Source: Acidobacteriota bacterium
Lineage (GTDB): Bacteria > Acidobacteriota > UBA890 > WLXD01
DNA length: 64,000 nt
Direction: 5' to 3'
NCBI GenBank assembly: GCA_963666055.2
Contig: CAXWPH010000007.1
Location: 96,001 to 160,000 of the forward strand
Position 1 is the stretch's first letter, and each line of letters opens with the position of its first letter. The notes under the pieces were generated by a model that saw only the letters and a program-made list of their open reading frames with translations, ran no database searches and was not told where the DNA came from. Position numbers and translations under genes: made by a program. Shown here piece by piece: positions 31,767 to 41,819 of this stretch.

Positions 31767-32201
31767 TCAGCCAGCGGCTCCTTCGATGGCGTAGATCTGC
31801 GCAACCAGCTGGCGCTCATTCGCGTACGTGAGACGTGAGACGGCCTGCGCCGGCGACAGCCAACGTACTGCATCAACCTCCGTGGCATCGATGTTGCCGA
31901 CGGCGGCCAAAGCGACCATGCGGATGAAGCAGACTGCCTTCGGCTTGCCGGCTACCAGGTACTCGACGGTGAACGACGGCCCGACGATTTGAGCCCCGTA
32001 GCCGGTTTCCTCGGCCACCTCACGCAAGGCTGCCTCCTCGAGGCTCTCACCCTCCTCGATCTTGCCCTTCGGCAAGACCCAGTCCCCCGACGATCCGTCG
32101 ACGTGCTGGTAGCGCGTGCGGTGGACCAGGGCAATCTCGGGGCCCGCCGCGCCCGGGCGCTCGAGCACGCCCCCGGCGGCGGTCACCTTGCTGGGTTTCA
32201 T
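31767..32201 (-). CDS. NUDIX hydrolase
   Basis: [17 protein letters not shown]...REVAEETG. Confidence 0.9.
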   Translation of the reverse strand: MKPSKVTAAGGVLERPGAAGPEIALVHRTRYQHVDGSSGDWVLPKGKIEEGESLEEAALREVAEETGYGAQIVGPSFTVEYLVAGKPKAVCFIRMVALAAVGNIDATEVDAVRWLSPAQAVSRLTYANERQLVAQIYAIEGAAG

Positions 32202-32325
32202 TGTCCCCTCAACCACGAAATCGCTCCGACCGGCGAGAAACCAGCCTACGCTGCCCGTCTCCTGGCGGGGAACCTTGCCGACCGAGACGCGAGACAAGAC
32301 CCGGCCTACACCCTCCAGGAAGCCT

Positions 32326-33393
32326 GTGCAGAACAACGATCGGGCCGCCCTCTCGCGCATTCGATCCGCCGTGATCAGCGGCGTACACGCCACCCTCATC
32401 ACGGTCGAGGCGCACCGCGGCAAGGGTCTCCCGCGGCAGACCATCGTGGGCCTCCCAGGCAGCGCCGTACGCGAGAGCCTCGACCGCGTCCACGCTGCTT
32501 GCAGTCACTGCGGATTGGCATTGCCACCACGGCGCACGACCATCAACCTCGCCCCTGCCGGAACCCGCAAGAGCGGCTCGGCCCTCGACCTACCGATCGC
32601 CTTGGCGCTGCTGGTAGCTGACAACACCGTGCCAGTAGGTCGCTTCGAAAGCGCGCTCTGCCTGGGAGAGCTCTCGCTGGACGGCCGCACACAGCCGGTG
32701 CCGGGCGTTCTCCCGGCCACCATGGCGGCACGTACCGCCAACCTGCGACGGGTTCTTGTTCCGGCCGCCAACGTCGACGAGGCCCGCGCCGTTCCAGATA
32801 TCGAGGCGCTGGCAATCGATTCTCTCGACGAAGCGGTGGCCTGGGCCCGTGGCGAGCTCGAGCTCACGGTCAGCAATAGCTCCGCGCCAGCGACGCATCA
32901 ACAGCCAGTGGACATCGATCTCGCCGACGTGAAGGGGCAGGAAGTAGCGAGGCGAGCCCTCGAGCTTGCCGCAGCGGGTGGACATCACCTCCTCATGAGC
33001 GGCCCGCCGGGCGCCGGTAAGACGCTGCTGGCCCGCGCGCTGCCTGGACTGCTCCCACCGCTCGACTTCGACGAAGCGCTCGAGGTGAGCGCGGTGCACT
33101 CCGTAGTGGGTGGACTTCACGGCCGCGGGCTTCTTCAAACGCGCCCGTTTCGAGCCCCCCACCACGGCATCACCCCGGCCGGTCTGATGGGTGGAGGTAC
33201 CCCGCTGCGCCCGGGCGAGATCAGCCTCGCCACCCATGGGGTGCTGTTTCTCGACGAGCTACCCGAGTTCCGACGCCACGCCCTCGAATCGCTGCGCCAG
33301 CCTCTGGAACAGGGCGAGGCTCTCATCGTGCGCGCCAGCGAGACTTGTCGATTCCCGGCACGCTTCCAGCTCGTAGCGGCGATGAACGAGTGA
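32326..33393 (+). pseudogene. comM: ComM/YifB Mg-chelatase-like AAA+ ATPase, 3'-truncated
   Basis: VGLP, NLAPA-x2-RK-x-[16 protein letters not shown] and LFLDELPEF motifs; ends LVAAMNE* where MNPCPCG and the C-terminal domain are expected. Confidence 0.9.
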
Positions 33394-33397
33394 ACCT

Positions 33398-33823
33398 TTG
33401 TTGCCTTTTGCACATATCGAGATCTGCGTTCCTAAGCCGATTTATGGCTACCCACAGTCACCAAGACACATCGGGGAGCACATCAAGAGGCGCAGGATCG
33501 AACTGGGCCTGCGTCAGAGAGACGTTGCTGAACAAATAGGTGTCTCGCCATGGACCGTCCTCAATTGGGAGTCAGGCGAGACGGAGCCTGCCGTCCGGTT
33601 CGGCCCGCAGGTCGTGAAGTTCCTCGGATACGACCCCCTCCCCGAGCCGACTGACTTCGGCCAAGAAGTATGGAAGCTCCGCTGGCGACGGGGTCTCACT
33701 CAGCGCGATCTGGCAGCCCAGTTACACACGGACGATAGCGTCGTGCGCGACTGGGAACGAGGAGAGCATCTGGCGGGAGACAAGCTACGCCCTCGGCTGG
33801 AGGCGCTGATGCGGGAGTCGTGA
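33398..33823 (+). CDS. XRE-family protein with two HTH domains
   Basis: IKRRRIELGLRQRDVAEQIGVS...NWE and LRWRRGLTQRDLA...WERG. Confidence 0.85.
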   Translation: MLPFAHIEICVPKPIYGYPQSPRHIGEHIKRRRIELGLRQRDVAEQIGVSPWTVLNWESGETEPAVRFGPQVVKFLGYDPLPEPTDFGQEVWKLRWRRGLTQRDLAAQLHTDDSVVRDWERGEHLAGDKLRPRLEALMRES

Positions 33824-34095
33824 ATTCCGAATTGTCGAGTATCGACCTGTACTAGACCAACTCGGTCGCACCGGATTTTGAATCCGGATTACCGGTAGTT
33901 CAGGGGCTGGCAGTAACCCGCTGGGAACACGCTATATCGGCGGATTCTCCATACGCACCAACGACCTGCGCCGGTGCAGATCGTTGCAGGGTGTGGGTTT
34001 CTGTACAACGTAGTTGCGGGCAATGCGGTGCAAGAAGTGGTGCTACCGAGAAAGGAGCTTGGCCAGCCAAGATGGCCCCCGATTGAGTTCCGGCC

Positions 34096-34147
34096 GCTCG
34101 TCGGGCTCATAACCCAAAGGTCGTAGGTTCGAATCCTACCCCCGCTA
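34096..34147 (+). pseudogene. 3' two-thirds of an initiator tRNA-Met(CAT), probable att-site remnant
   Basis: gctcgtcgggctcataacccaaaggtcgtaggttcgaatcctacccccgcta: GGG/CCC anticodon stem, CAT anticodon and T loop present; 5' acceptor strand and D loop absent. Confidence 0.85.
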
Positions 34148-34157
34148 CTTAGGTAAG

Positions 34158-34204
34158 TCCCGGTGGCTCAGCAACTTACATCCACGTGCTGGCCACCGGG
34201 ATTT
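34158..34204 (+). terminator. Inverted repeat after the tRNA remnant
   Basis: tcccggtggc...gccaccggga followed by ttt. Confidence 0.5.
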
Positions 34205-34477
34205 ACTGCGTCTGGCCCGAAATGCCACGTACGTGCCGCGATTCGGCTCCTCTCGGGAATGGGCCCCGCTCCCTGCTTCACGGGAAGCGCCAGCGTCATC
34301 ATTCGTACAGGGACCTGCCGATGGATCGGTAGCGTCGTAGGTCAGTCTCACGAAACGGCATCGTCCGTGGACCCTCGCCCGCCCCGGCGATAGGCTTCAT
34401 GCGCTGAGCCACCCCTCTGTGGTAGCGCCATGGACCTTGCGTGGCTGCGAGACAACCTGAACCCCAAGGAGGCGCCA

Positions 34478-36415
34478 ATGTTGAGGCGATTCATCGTTTC
34501 GTTGGGTGTCGTGATGTTCTTCGCTGCGAACGCTCTGGCGTGGCATTCCCCCCTCTCGATCGCGTGGGGACAGTACTCACCGGTGGTCGGCAACTCGCCG
34601 GCGAGCATGCGGTCGGGGTTCGAGGGACGGTGCGCCACCTGCCACGACAACACCGCCGCCGGCAACCGGGCGCCAAGTCGGGAAGCCATGGCGGCGATGA
34701 CAGCCGAGCGAGTGCTCGAGTCGATCACCACGGGATCGATGGCTATCTATATCGAAGGGTGGAACGAGGAGAACCTGCTCGCTTTGGCCGAGCTGGCGGC
34801 GGCCAAACCCTTCGGCGACGCCGCCGACCGCACCGCCGCGGCGATGAGCAACCCTTGCACCAGCCCGTTGACCCTGCACGACCCGTTCAGCCGGCCGCGA
34901 TGGAACGGCTGGACCCCCGATCCTGGTAAGTCCCACCGGTTCCAGCCGGCGGAAGCGGGCGGACTTACCGGAGCACAGGTGTCGCAGCTGAAGCTGAAGT
35001 GGGCGTTCGCGATTCCGGATGCGGCTTCCGCATCCTGGGCGCAGCCGACGGTCGTGGGCGGGGCGCTGTTCATAGGCAGTGACAACAAATTCGTCTACGC
35101 GCTCGACGCCAAGACGGGCTGCGTGCACTGGTCCTACGAGGCAAGAGGACAGGTGCGCACCGCGGTCAGTGTGAGCGAGGTGACCGATGTACCCGAAGTC
35201 CGCTACATAGCCATGTTCGGGGACTACAGGGGTTACGTCACCGGCGTCAACGCCGAAACCGGCGAGGAGCTCTGGGTCATGCGTCCGGACGAGCATGCGG
35301 CAGCCAAGATCACCGGCACACCGGTGCTCGATCCCTCGGCCGGAGGTCATCTGTACGTCGGGGTCGCATCCTGGGAGGAGCTCCCGAGCGGAGATCTGTT
35401 GTACGAGTGCTGCCAGTTCCAGGGCAGCGTCGTCGCAGTGGATGTGAGCACGGGGCAGACGGCCTGGAAGACATACTCGATGTCCGAGCGTCCTCGCCCA
35501 TTGCGCAAGAACTCGGCCGGCACACAGATGTACGGGCCCGCCGGTGCCTCCGTATGGAACGCACCGACGCTCGATATCGATCACCGCACTCTCTACGCGG
35601 CCGCCGGCAACTGCTACATGACCGAGTTCTTCGAGCAACACGTCGGGTTCGACGACGGCACTTGCGCCGCCGTCACGGCGTACGACATGGATACCGGCGA
35701 ACGCCTGTGGTGGAGGCAGCTGGTGGCTCTCGAGAGATTCGGCGGCGGCTGTGGGCGGCAACCGGAGGAGCGGCGAATCAACTGTCCAGGCCTCGTCACT
35801 GGCCGTAACGATGATGCCTCGGGCTCGCCGGTGCTGCACACGCTGGAGGATGGTCGCCGAATTCTGATTCAAGGACAGGAGAGCGGCCGCATCACCGCCA
35901 TGGATCCCGACAACCAGGGTGAGATCCTGTGGGTGGCGCAGGCCGGCAACGAGCTGGCGATGCCGAGTGCCGGCTTCGGCGGCGCGTTCGACGGGGAGTA
36001 CTACCTGAAGCCGTTTCCGCTCGAAGATGGCAGAGGCGGCCTCGCGGCGCTACGGGCCGAGGACGGCTCGCGTGCCTGGTACACGGAGGTGCCGAAGCCG
36101 AGCGACTGTGAAGATCCCGAATCGGCGCAGACGTGCCACTCGGGTCACTGGGCGCCCGCGACCGCCATACCCGGCGCGGTTCTCGCCGGCTCCCGTGACG
36201 GCGTGATGCGCGCCTTCTCGACCGAGGACGGCAGCGTGATATGGGAGTTCGCCACACAGCGCGACTTCGAAACCATCAACGGCATCGAGGGTTTCGGGGG
36301 CGGGTTCGGTGGCGCCGCGCCAACGATCGTCGACGGCATGATGTACGTCGGCTCGGGTTACGCAATCCTCCGCGGTGCTCCGGGCAACGTACTGCTGGCG
36401 TTCGGCCTAGATTAG
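34478..36415 (+). CDS. Quinohemoprotein PQQ-dependent dehydrogenase (polyvinyl-alcohol dehydrogenase-like) with N-terminal cytochrome c
   Basis: Signal peptide, CATCH heme motif, LKLKWAF, repeated A-x-D-x2-TG-x3-W PQQ propeller motifs and vicinal CC. Confidence 0.88.
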   Translation: MLRRFIVSLGVVMFFAANALAWHSPLSIAWGQYSPVVGNSPASMRSGFEGRCATCHDNTAAGNRAPSREAMAAMTAERVLESITTGSMAIYIEGWNEENLLALAELAAAKPFGDAADRTAAAMSNPCTSPLTLHDPFSRPRWNGWTPDPGKSHRFQPAEAGGLTGAQVSQLKLKWAFAIPDAASASWAQPTVVGGALFIGSDNKFVYALDAKTGCVHWSYEARGQVRTAVSVSEVTDVPEVRYIAMFGDYRGYVTGVNAETGEELWVMRPDEHAAAKITGTPVLDPSAGGHLYVGVASWEELPSGDLLYECCQFQGSVVAVDVSTGQTAWKTYSMSERPRPLRKNSAGTQMYGPAGASVWNAPTLDIDHRTLYAAAGNCYMTEFFEQHVGFDDGTCAAVTAYDMDTGERLWWRQLVALERFGGGCGRQPEERRINCPGLVTGRNDDASGSPVLHTLEDGRRILIQGQESGRITAMDPDNQGEILWVAQAGNELAMPSAGFGGAFDGEYYLKPFPLEDGRGGLAALRAEDGSRAWYTEVPKPSDCEDPESAQTCHSGHWAPATAIPGAVLAGSRDGVMRAFSTEDGSVIWEFATQRDFETINGIEGFGGGFGGAAPTIVDGMMYVGSGYAILRGAPGNVLLAFGLD

Positions 36416-37004
36416 CGGCCCCGTTCGAGCTGCGCCCGCCACCAGGGTGCCCTGCCTGGAGAGATGGCCACTACCGGCCCCGGACTGCGTCCGCGGACCG
36501 CAAGCACGCAACGCGCCGACCATTGAGCCAAGTGGGCCCCATCGTGCTTTCGATTGACCCTGTTGCAAACCCGGTCGCTGATTCCTCCGCACCGCCGAGC
36601 CGCAACTCGGCCAGGTATTCTCTTTGCATTGCGATGGCCGGCTTGGCGTGTGTCGCTGTCGCGGACAGGTCAGCGAGGGCTGCATCGGAGAAACGACCGG
36701 TCGGTCCGCCGGCTCCAACAACCTCTTGCCAGCACCGATTCTATGAGTTACGAAGTGGCCTCAACACTTGGGGCAGGTCAGTCTTTGCGGGGCTCTACGA
36801 TGGGCTCGACGATCGTTCTCTGACCGCGAAGATGACATACGCGTTCCAGTGGTAGCCACCGCTGCCGACTGATGTGGCGGCCTCCCGACAAGTCTTTACA
36901 ATCTTCCCACTCCCTCTCCGTTGTAACCCCCGCTGGGATTGTGATATGCCCATACTGTCTAGTGGAAGGAACATCAGTCCCCGAATTGACGGACGGAGGG
37001 CGGC

Positions 37005-38513
37005 ATGAGCAACCAAGACAAAGGTGGCGTGGATGGTGCAGAGACCAAGCTGAGCCGGCGCACCTTCGCCAAGACATCGGTCGCCGCGGGTACCGCTGCC
37101 GTCACGCTGCCGAAGACGCTGCTCGGCGCCCCGTCGGAGGCTGCGGCGACCAAAGCAACCTATGGTCGTGTGAAGCGCGTCGAGCTGCCGAACGACGGCA
37201 TCGGCTACGGTGGCACGGGCGCGCCCCTCTTGAAGGGCCCGCTACCGAAGCGGCAGAGCGTCAACGGCTGGAAGGAAGGCACGACGATCCCGGCCGAGTA
37301 CTACCTGGAAGCGAAGCACTTCGACGCCGACGAGGCGTTCGTGGCGGAGAACTTCTGGCAATACACCGACCAGGCGAGCCGGATTCCCAACCCCGGGGAC
37401 TTCTACGTGTTCGAGTTCGGGCGCTCCGAGTCGATCCTGATCGTGCGCGGCCAGGACAACGAGATCCGCGGCTTCTACAACGTTTGTCGCCACCGCGGCT
37501 CGCGTCTGTGTCGCCACGATGCGGACTCGATTCCCTCGGACCCGCGTCTGTCCGTCAAGCAGCTTGGCCAGACGGGCAACTCTCCGGTGTTCCGGTGTCC
37601 GTACCACGCGTGGACCTATGACACCGAGGGCAGCCTCATCTATGCCTATGGCATGCAGGATGATTTCGACCCGGCCGACAACGGCCTGCTTCCGTGCCAC
37701 ACTCGGGTGGCGGCAGGGCAGGTGTTCGTAAACCTGTCGAAATCCGATACGCCGCCGGATTTCGACGCCGCCGTGAGTCGCCTGCGCGGTATTGCCGACA
37801 AGTACAGCCTCGCCGATCTGAAGGTCGGGGCACGCGAGTACTACCCGATCAACGCCAACTGGAAGCTGGCGCTGGAGAACTTCAAGGAGTGCTACCACTG
37901 CGGGCCGGCCCACACGCCGCTGGTGACCACCCACAACTGGAGCAACGAGGTCACCGCAGAGCAACGCAAGGAGCGTGCCGCGGCGGTCGCGGCGTGGGTT
38001 CCGGAGAAGGCATGGCGCGACCGAGGTCCCGCCGCGGGCATGGGCAGCCAGGGCATGGGAGACGATGAGCCGGAATACAGCTTCGGCGGGATGCTCAATC
38101 CCGGCTTCGTGACCGGCTCGATCGACGGCAAGGCAACGTCGATCCTCTTGCCGAACATCGATGGCTGGAACAACGAGACCAACGTGGTCACGACCGCCGA
38201 GTCGACCGGCTACTGGCAGTGCTACGACGACCACGTCGCCGTGGCGCGGTTCACGCCCCGGACGGAGAAGTTCACCGACTGCGAGATTGTCTGGCTCGTG
38301 CACCCGGATGCTCGCGAGGGCATCGACTTCGATCCCGACAACGTCAAGGCGCTCTGGCACGTGACGATCCAGGAGGACATCTGGATCACCGCCAACAACC
38401 ACGCCGGCATCGAGTCCGCGGCCTACACCGCAGGTCGATACTCCAGCCACGAGGGCGGCTGCTCCGGTTTCATCAGCCGGTACATGAAGGAGATCGTCAC
38501 GGCTGGGGACTAG
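37005..38513 (+). CDS. Rieske non-heme iron oxygenase alpha subunit with twin-arginine signal
   Basis: SRRTFAK; Rieske CRHRG...CPYHAW; NWKLALENFKECYHC-x3-H; QED iron ligand. Confidence 0.92.
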   Translation: MSNQDKGGVDGAETKLSRRTFAKTSVAAGTAAVTLPKTLLGAPSEAAATKATYGRVKRVELPNDGIGYGGTGAPLLKGPLPKRQSVNGWKEGTTIPAEYYLEAKHFDADEAFVAENFWQYTDQASRIPNPGDFYVFEFGRSESILIVRGQDNEIRGFYNVCRHRGSRLCRHDADSIPSDPRLSVKQLGQTGNSPVFRCPYHAWTYDTEGSLIYAYGMQDDFDPADNGLLPCHTRVAAGQVFVNLSKSDTPPDFDAAVSRLRGIADKYSLADLKVGAREYYPINANWKLALENFKECYHCGPAHTPLVTTHNWSNEVTAEQRKERAAAVAAWVPEKAWRDRGPAAGMGSQGMGDDEPEYSFGGMLNPGFVTGSIDGKATSILLPNIDGWNNETNVVTTAESTGYWQCYDDHVAVARFTPRTEKFTDCEIVWLVHPDAREGIDFDPDNVKALWHVTIQEDIWITANNHAGIESAAYTAGRYSSHEGGCSGFISRYMKEIVTAGD

Positions 38514-38553
38514 GGCGTCCGAATCGTGTCGTGACGGTGTCGGGGGCAGCCAG

Positions 38554-38700
38554 GTGCTGCTGACCACGGAGGGCAGCAACGAAGTCCCCGTTTGGTCGCC
38601 CGATGGAGAGTGGGTCTTCTTCAGGTCGAATCGGGGTGGCAATAACGACATCTGGAAGCGGCGGGCTGACCGGAGTCTGGAAGCCGAGCTAGTAGCCCTG
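38554..38700 (+). pseudogene. Fragment of a TolB-like/PD40 repeat protein
   Basis: PVWSPDGEWVFFRSNRGGNNDIW: a single PD40 repeat with no recognisable rest of the gene. Confidence 0.6.
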
Positions 38701-39073
38701 CAAGTTGTGGATGTTGAACAGATGAAGCCCAAACGGAGGCGATTCGGCCGACTAGAGCTGCTGATCGCCAATCAGCATGACCCCCTGGAAGCGACCGATA
38801 TCAAAGGCGATTCCGCGGCCGGGGTCAGTCGGGGTTCGCGGAGAGATAACGCAAACGACGCCGTCCGCAGCCTCCGAACCGAACGGGGTCGAAACGGCCG
38901 TTTCGGCACCGGTGGTTTTGGAACCCCCGGGCACGGCCCTCTCGCCTCATAAGGGGGGGTACCCCCACTGGCGGTGGGCTCGATGTCGGCAAAACGCCGA
39001 CATCGACAGGCCCGTTTGCAGCTCATCGGTTCATACCGCGACTGTTGGCACGTCGTAGGGTCCGCTCACGCTC

Positions 39074-39400
39074 ATGCCCTTGTTCATGGGGATGGGCATG
39101 GGTGTCAACTGGAACCTAGAGGCCGCCGGAACCATGCTGCCCAGCCTCATGGGTCATCTGGTCTACGGCGCAATCCTGGGCGCTGTTTACGCCTGGATGG
39201 GCACAGGACAACGTGCCGATGGGAGTTCTGATTCCGCTGACTTCGAGCCCCTGGATAGCGGGGGTCCGATTCCGTTGGAGAACGAAGATCAAGCACCGCC
39301 GGAGGAAGCCGCCTCGAAGAACGGCGAGGGCGCGAAAACTGGTAATGGGGCCGAGCGACCGAGCGGGCCGAGAACGGCGACGAATAACATCCTGGACTAG
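39074..39400 (+). pseudogene. C-terminal fragment of a membrane protein
   Basis: LMPLFMGM...SLMGHLVYGAILGAVY; upstream frames are broken. Confidence 0.5.
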
Positions 39401-39543
39401 GTAGCCAGCGAGGCTCCGGAGGCTGCGGCGCGTTCCCGCGGGAAGGCGGAACGTGGGATGAGACTAGACCGGCTCCATTATCAAGGAGTGGAACCGGCGC
39501 CCTTACTGCTACGATGTCGTCAGCCCCCTAGCAGCCCGACGGA

Positions 39544-39801
39544 GTGCCAGTGCCCCGCGCCCGTTTGAACCGCGTTCGTGCTGAGCAACGAGCCTTTGAT
39601 TCGCAGATTGAGGGTCTGCTCGACGAGCATGCCGGCGAGTTCGTGGTCTTCCACGACGAGCAGCCTGTAGCCTTCTATCCGACCCATGCGGAAGCCTACG
39701 CTGCCGCGCTCAAAGTTTATGGCTCTGAGGGTGTCTTCCTCGTATCTCAGGTGAAGAAGCGCTCCCCGCGCTTGTCACAGCGGCTGCGCGCCCACACGTA
39801 G
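39544..39801 (+). CDS. Small DUF5678-like protein
   Basis: LLDEHAGEFVVFHDEQPV...EAY...YG pattern typical of these small proteins. Confidence 0.6.
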   Translation: MPVPRARLNRVRAEQRAFDSQIEGLLDEHAGEFVVFHDEQPVAFYPTHAEAYAAALKVYGSEGVFLVSQVKKRSPRLSQRLRAHT

Positions 39802-39974
39802 GCCCGCGGCAGACGCGGGTGGCGGTTCGGCAGATCCGCATAGTGCCCGATGCTCGATCTGATCTGCCTCCCCAACCTCCCTCGCAGATCGCCCGGCGCT
39901 CTCCCGTGGTGAGAGCCGACCTATTCCGCTAGGCTGAGCAGCCGCGCTGAGCACCGCCGACGGCCGGACGAGCT

Positions 39975-40762
39975 TGGCCGTCGTTGACCGGCTACCCGCA
40001 TGTTCCCCCTCAACCCCTGGACACCACGGCCGGGAAAGGCCACAGTGCGCCTGCTACGGTAGGTCCCCACCTCCAAAGCGCTCGGGCCGAAGCGTTTCTG
40101 CTTCGGCCCGAACTGTTTCTGGTGATCCCACCAACTGCTCTCGAGCTCGGTACGCGTTCCGGTCCTCCTGGTGGTGGCCTCCTAGTGCCCGCCGCTGCCG
40201 CCCGGAGATAGCTCGGGGAAAACCACCCCAAAGGCGGCTGTCTCCCGTGGTGAGAGCCGATCTATTCCGGAGGTCCCTCCCGACGTAGGGAGAGTAGACC
40301 TGCTCCTGGACCCTCTCGCAGCCCGGGACTCCTAATGCTCCCGGTACCCCCCTTGCGTCGGTCGGTTGCTTCGCAAAGACTGCCCGCACGGTCGTCATTC
40401 CTCACAGGAGGGGTGCCCCCCATCGGAGCGCAGACCGAGAATCTGCAGTGATGCCAGGAGCCTGGCCGTCGTTGACCGGCTACCCGCATGTTCCCCCTCA
40501 ACCCCTGGACGCCACGGCCGGGAAAGGCCATAGTGCGCCTGCTGAGGGATGGTGGTCCCCACCTCCCAAGCATCGGGCCGAGGCGTTTTCTGCTTCGGCC
40601 CGAACTGTTTCTGGTGATCCCACCAACTGCTCTCGAGCTCGGTACGCCTTCCGGTCCTCCTGGTGGTAGCCTCCTAGTGCCCGCCGCTGCCGCCCGGAGA
40701 TAGCTCGGGGAAAACCACCCCAAAGGCGGCTGCTCTCCCGTGGTGAGAGCCGATCTATTCCG
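39975..40762. repeat. Two diverged ~300-bp non-coding direct repeats (39975-40269 and 40463-40762), each ending in the 36-bp repeat
   Basis: Near-identical by eye, with several substitutions and one short replaced segment; multiple hairpins. Confidence 0.92.
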
Positions 40763-40865
40763 CTAGGCTGTGCAGCCTCTGCGGAACTGTACCCCGGAGC
40801 AATCCGGTGAGAAGCTGCCGGGTCCGCGTGTGGCTGGCGCCGAGCGATCTCGACAGGAGGTAGCG

Positions 40866-41501
40866 ATGGCACTCATTGCGTGTTCGGAGTGCGGGCAACA
40901 GCTATCGGACGGAGCGGCGGCGTGCCCGCACTGCGGGTGCCCCGTCGGTGCGCAGCACCCAGCTTCCAAGCCCGCAGCGTCAGCGCCGGTCGTGGAGCCG
41001 CCCGTAGCGGCTACACGCGTAGCGCCGAGGATGTCGCTGCCGAAAGGAAGAAAGCAACCAACACCGACCTGGGATTTCTGGTCGTCATACATACTGTTCA
41101 CGGTGGGATTAATCTTCTACGTTGGCTCTTCTCAGCCGAGCACCGCCGCAGACGATGCCGCCGCAGACGATGCCGCCGCAGACGATACCGTCGCAGACAA
41201 TGCCGCCGCAGACAATGCCGCCGGAGCTGTTGCTGCTGTAGCTGAGTATATCGCCGGTAATTCCCTCGGCATCCGCAGTGAGCATCTAGCTGCACGGCGA
41301 AACCCTGACGGCGAGGGCACCTTCGTGTACGTCCAGCGTTCGGGAGCGCCGACGATCAGGTCCACGGTCTGGCTCGTTCTCGATAGCTACCCGTATCCGC
41401 TTAACGGACCTGCGAAGAAAGTGACCCCATCGCTGCCCTGGCCACGCGAGGTGCCGGAGCATACCTGGTCAAGGACGGGCCTCCAGCTGCGACCCGGGTG
41501 A
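40866..41501 (+). CDS. Zinc-ribbon domain membrane protein
   Basis: AGGAGG RBS; MALIACSECG...ACPHCG zinc ribbon; TM; (AADDA)n linker. Confidence 0.8.
   Translation: MALIACSECGQQLSDGAAACPHCGCPVGAQHPASKPAASAPVVEPPVAATRVAPRMSLPKGRKQPTPTWDFWSSYILFTVGLIFYVGSSQPSTAADDAAADDAAADDTVADNAAADNAAGAVAAVAEYIAGNSLGIRSEHLAARRNPDGEGTFVYVQRSGAPTIRSTVWLVLDSYPYPLNGPAKKVTPSLPWPREVPEHTWSRTGLQLRPG
41143..41223 (+). repeat. 15-bp coding tandem repeat, about 5 copies
   Basis: ccgccgcagacgatg units encoding AADDA/AADNA. Confidence 0.85.
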
Positions 41502-41803
41502 GAGGCCGCTGCAGCACCACCCCCCGCCCCCTCGCCTACCCCCGCTGCCAGTTCGGCAACTACCTTGGCGAGCTGATCGACGCGCACCCGACCGCGAGGG
41601 AGACGCTAGCCGAGCGCATCGGAGTGTCCGCGGGGAACCTCAGCAACTACCGCCACGGCCGGTTTCTCCCGCCGGACCGCAAAGCCATCGGAGTGATCGC
41701 TCGAGTCCTTGCACCGAGCAGGGCAAAGCAGGCGGCTGTCCGCGCGGAGCTCACGCGCCGCTGGATCGCCGACCTGCTTGATGCGGCTGCTCTCCCGTGG
41801 TGA
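41498..41803 (+). CDS. XRE-type HTH protein
   Basis: ETLAERIGVSAGNLSNYRHGRFLP helix-turn-helix; TGA stop falls inside the fourth 36-bp repeat. Confidence 0.7.
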   Translation: MRGRCSTTPRPLAYPRCQFGNYLGELIDAHPTARETLAERIGVSAGNLSNYRHGRFLPPDRKAIGVIARVLAPSRAKQAAVRAELTRRWIADLLDAAALPW

Positions 41804-41819
41804 GAGCCGATCTATTCCG

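Noticed and set aside
36740-36855. Possible outer-membrane protein C-terminal remnant (DRSLTAKMTYAFQW)
   Set aside because: Too short to support without a database search.
37242-38771. Long antisense ORFs (this 509-aa one, also 34577-35872, 28293-29438, 26367-27482 and others)
   Set aside because: They are shadow frames of well-supported genes in high-GC DNA.
39975-40460. Group II intron remnant (GTGCGCC and AAGGCCATAGT-like words)
   Set aside because: No domain V with an AGC/CGC triad and no reverse transcriptase could be found.
39974-40872. Short ORFs called on both strands within the duplicated unit
   Set aside because: Indels between the two copies shift the frames, and the translations have no recognisable motifs.
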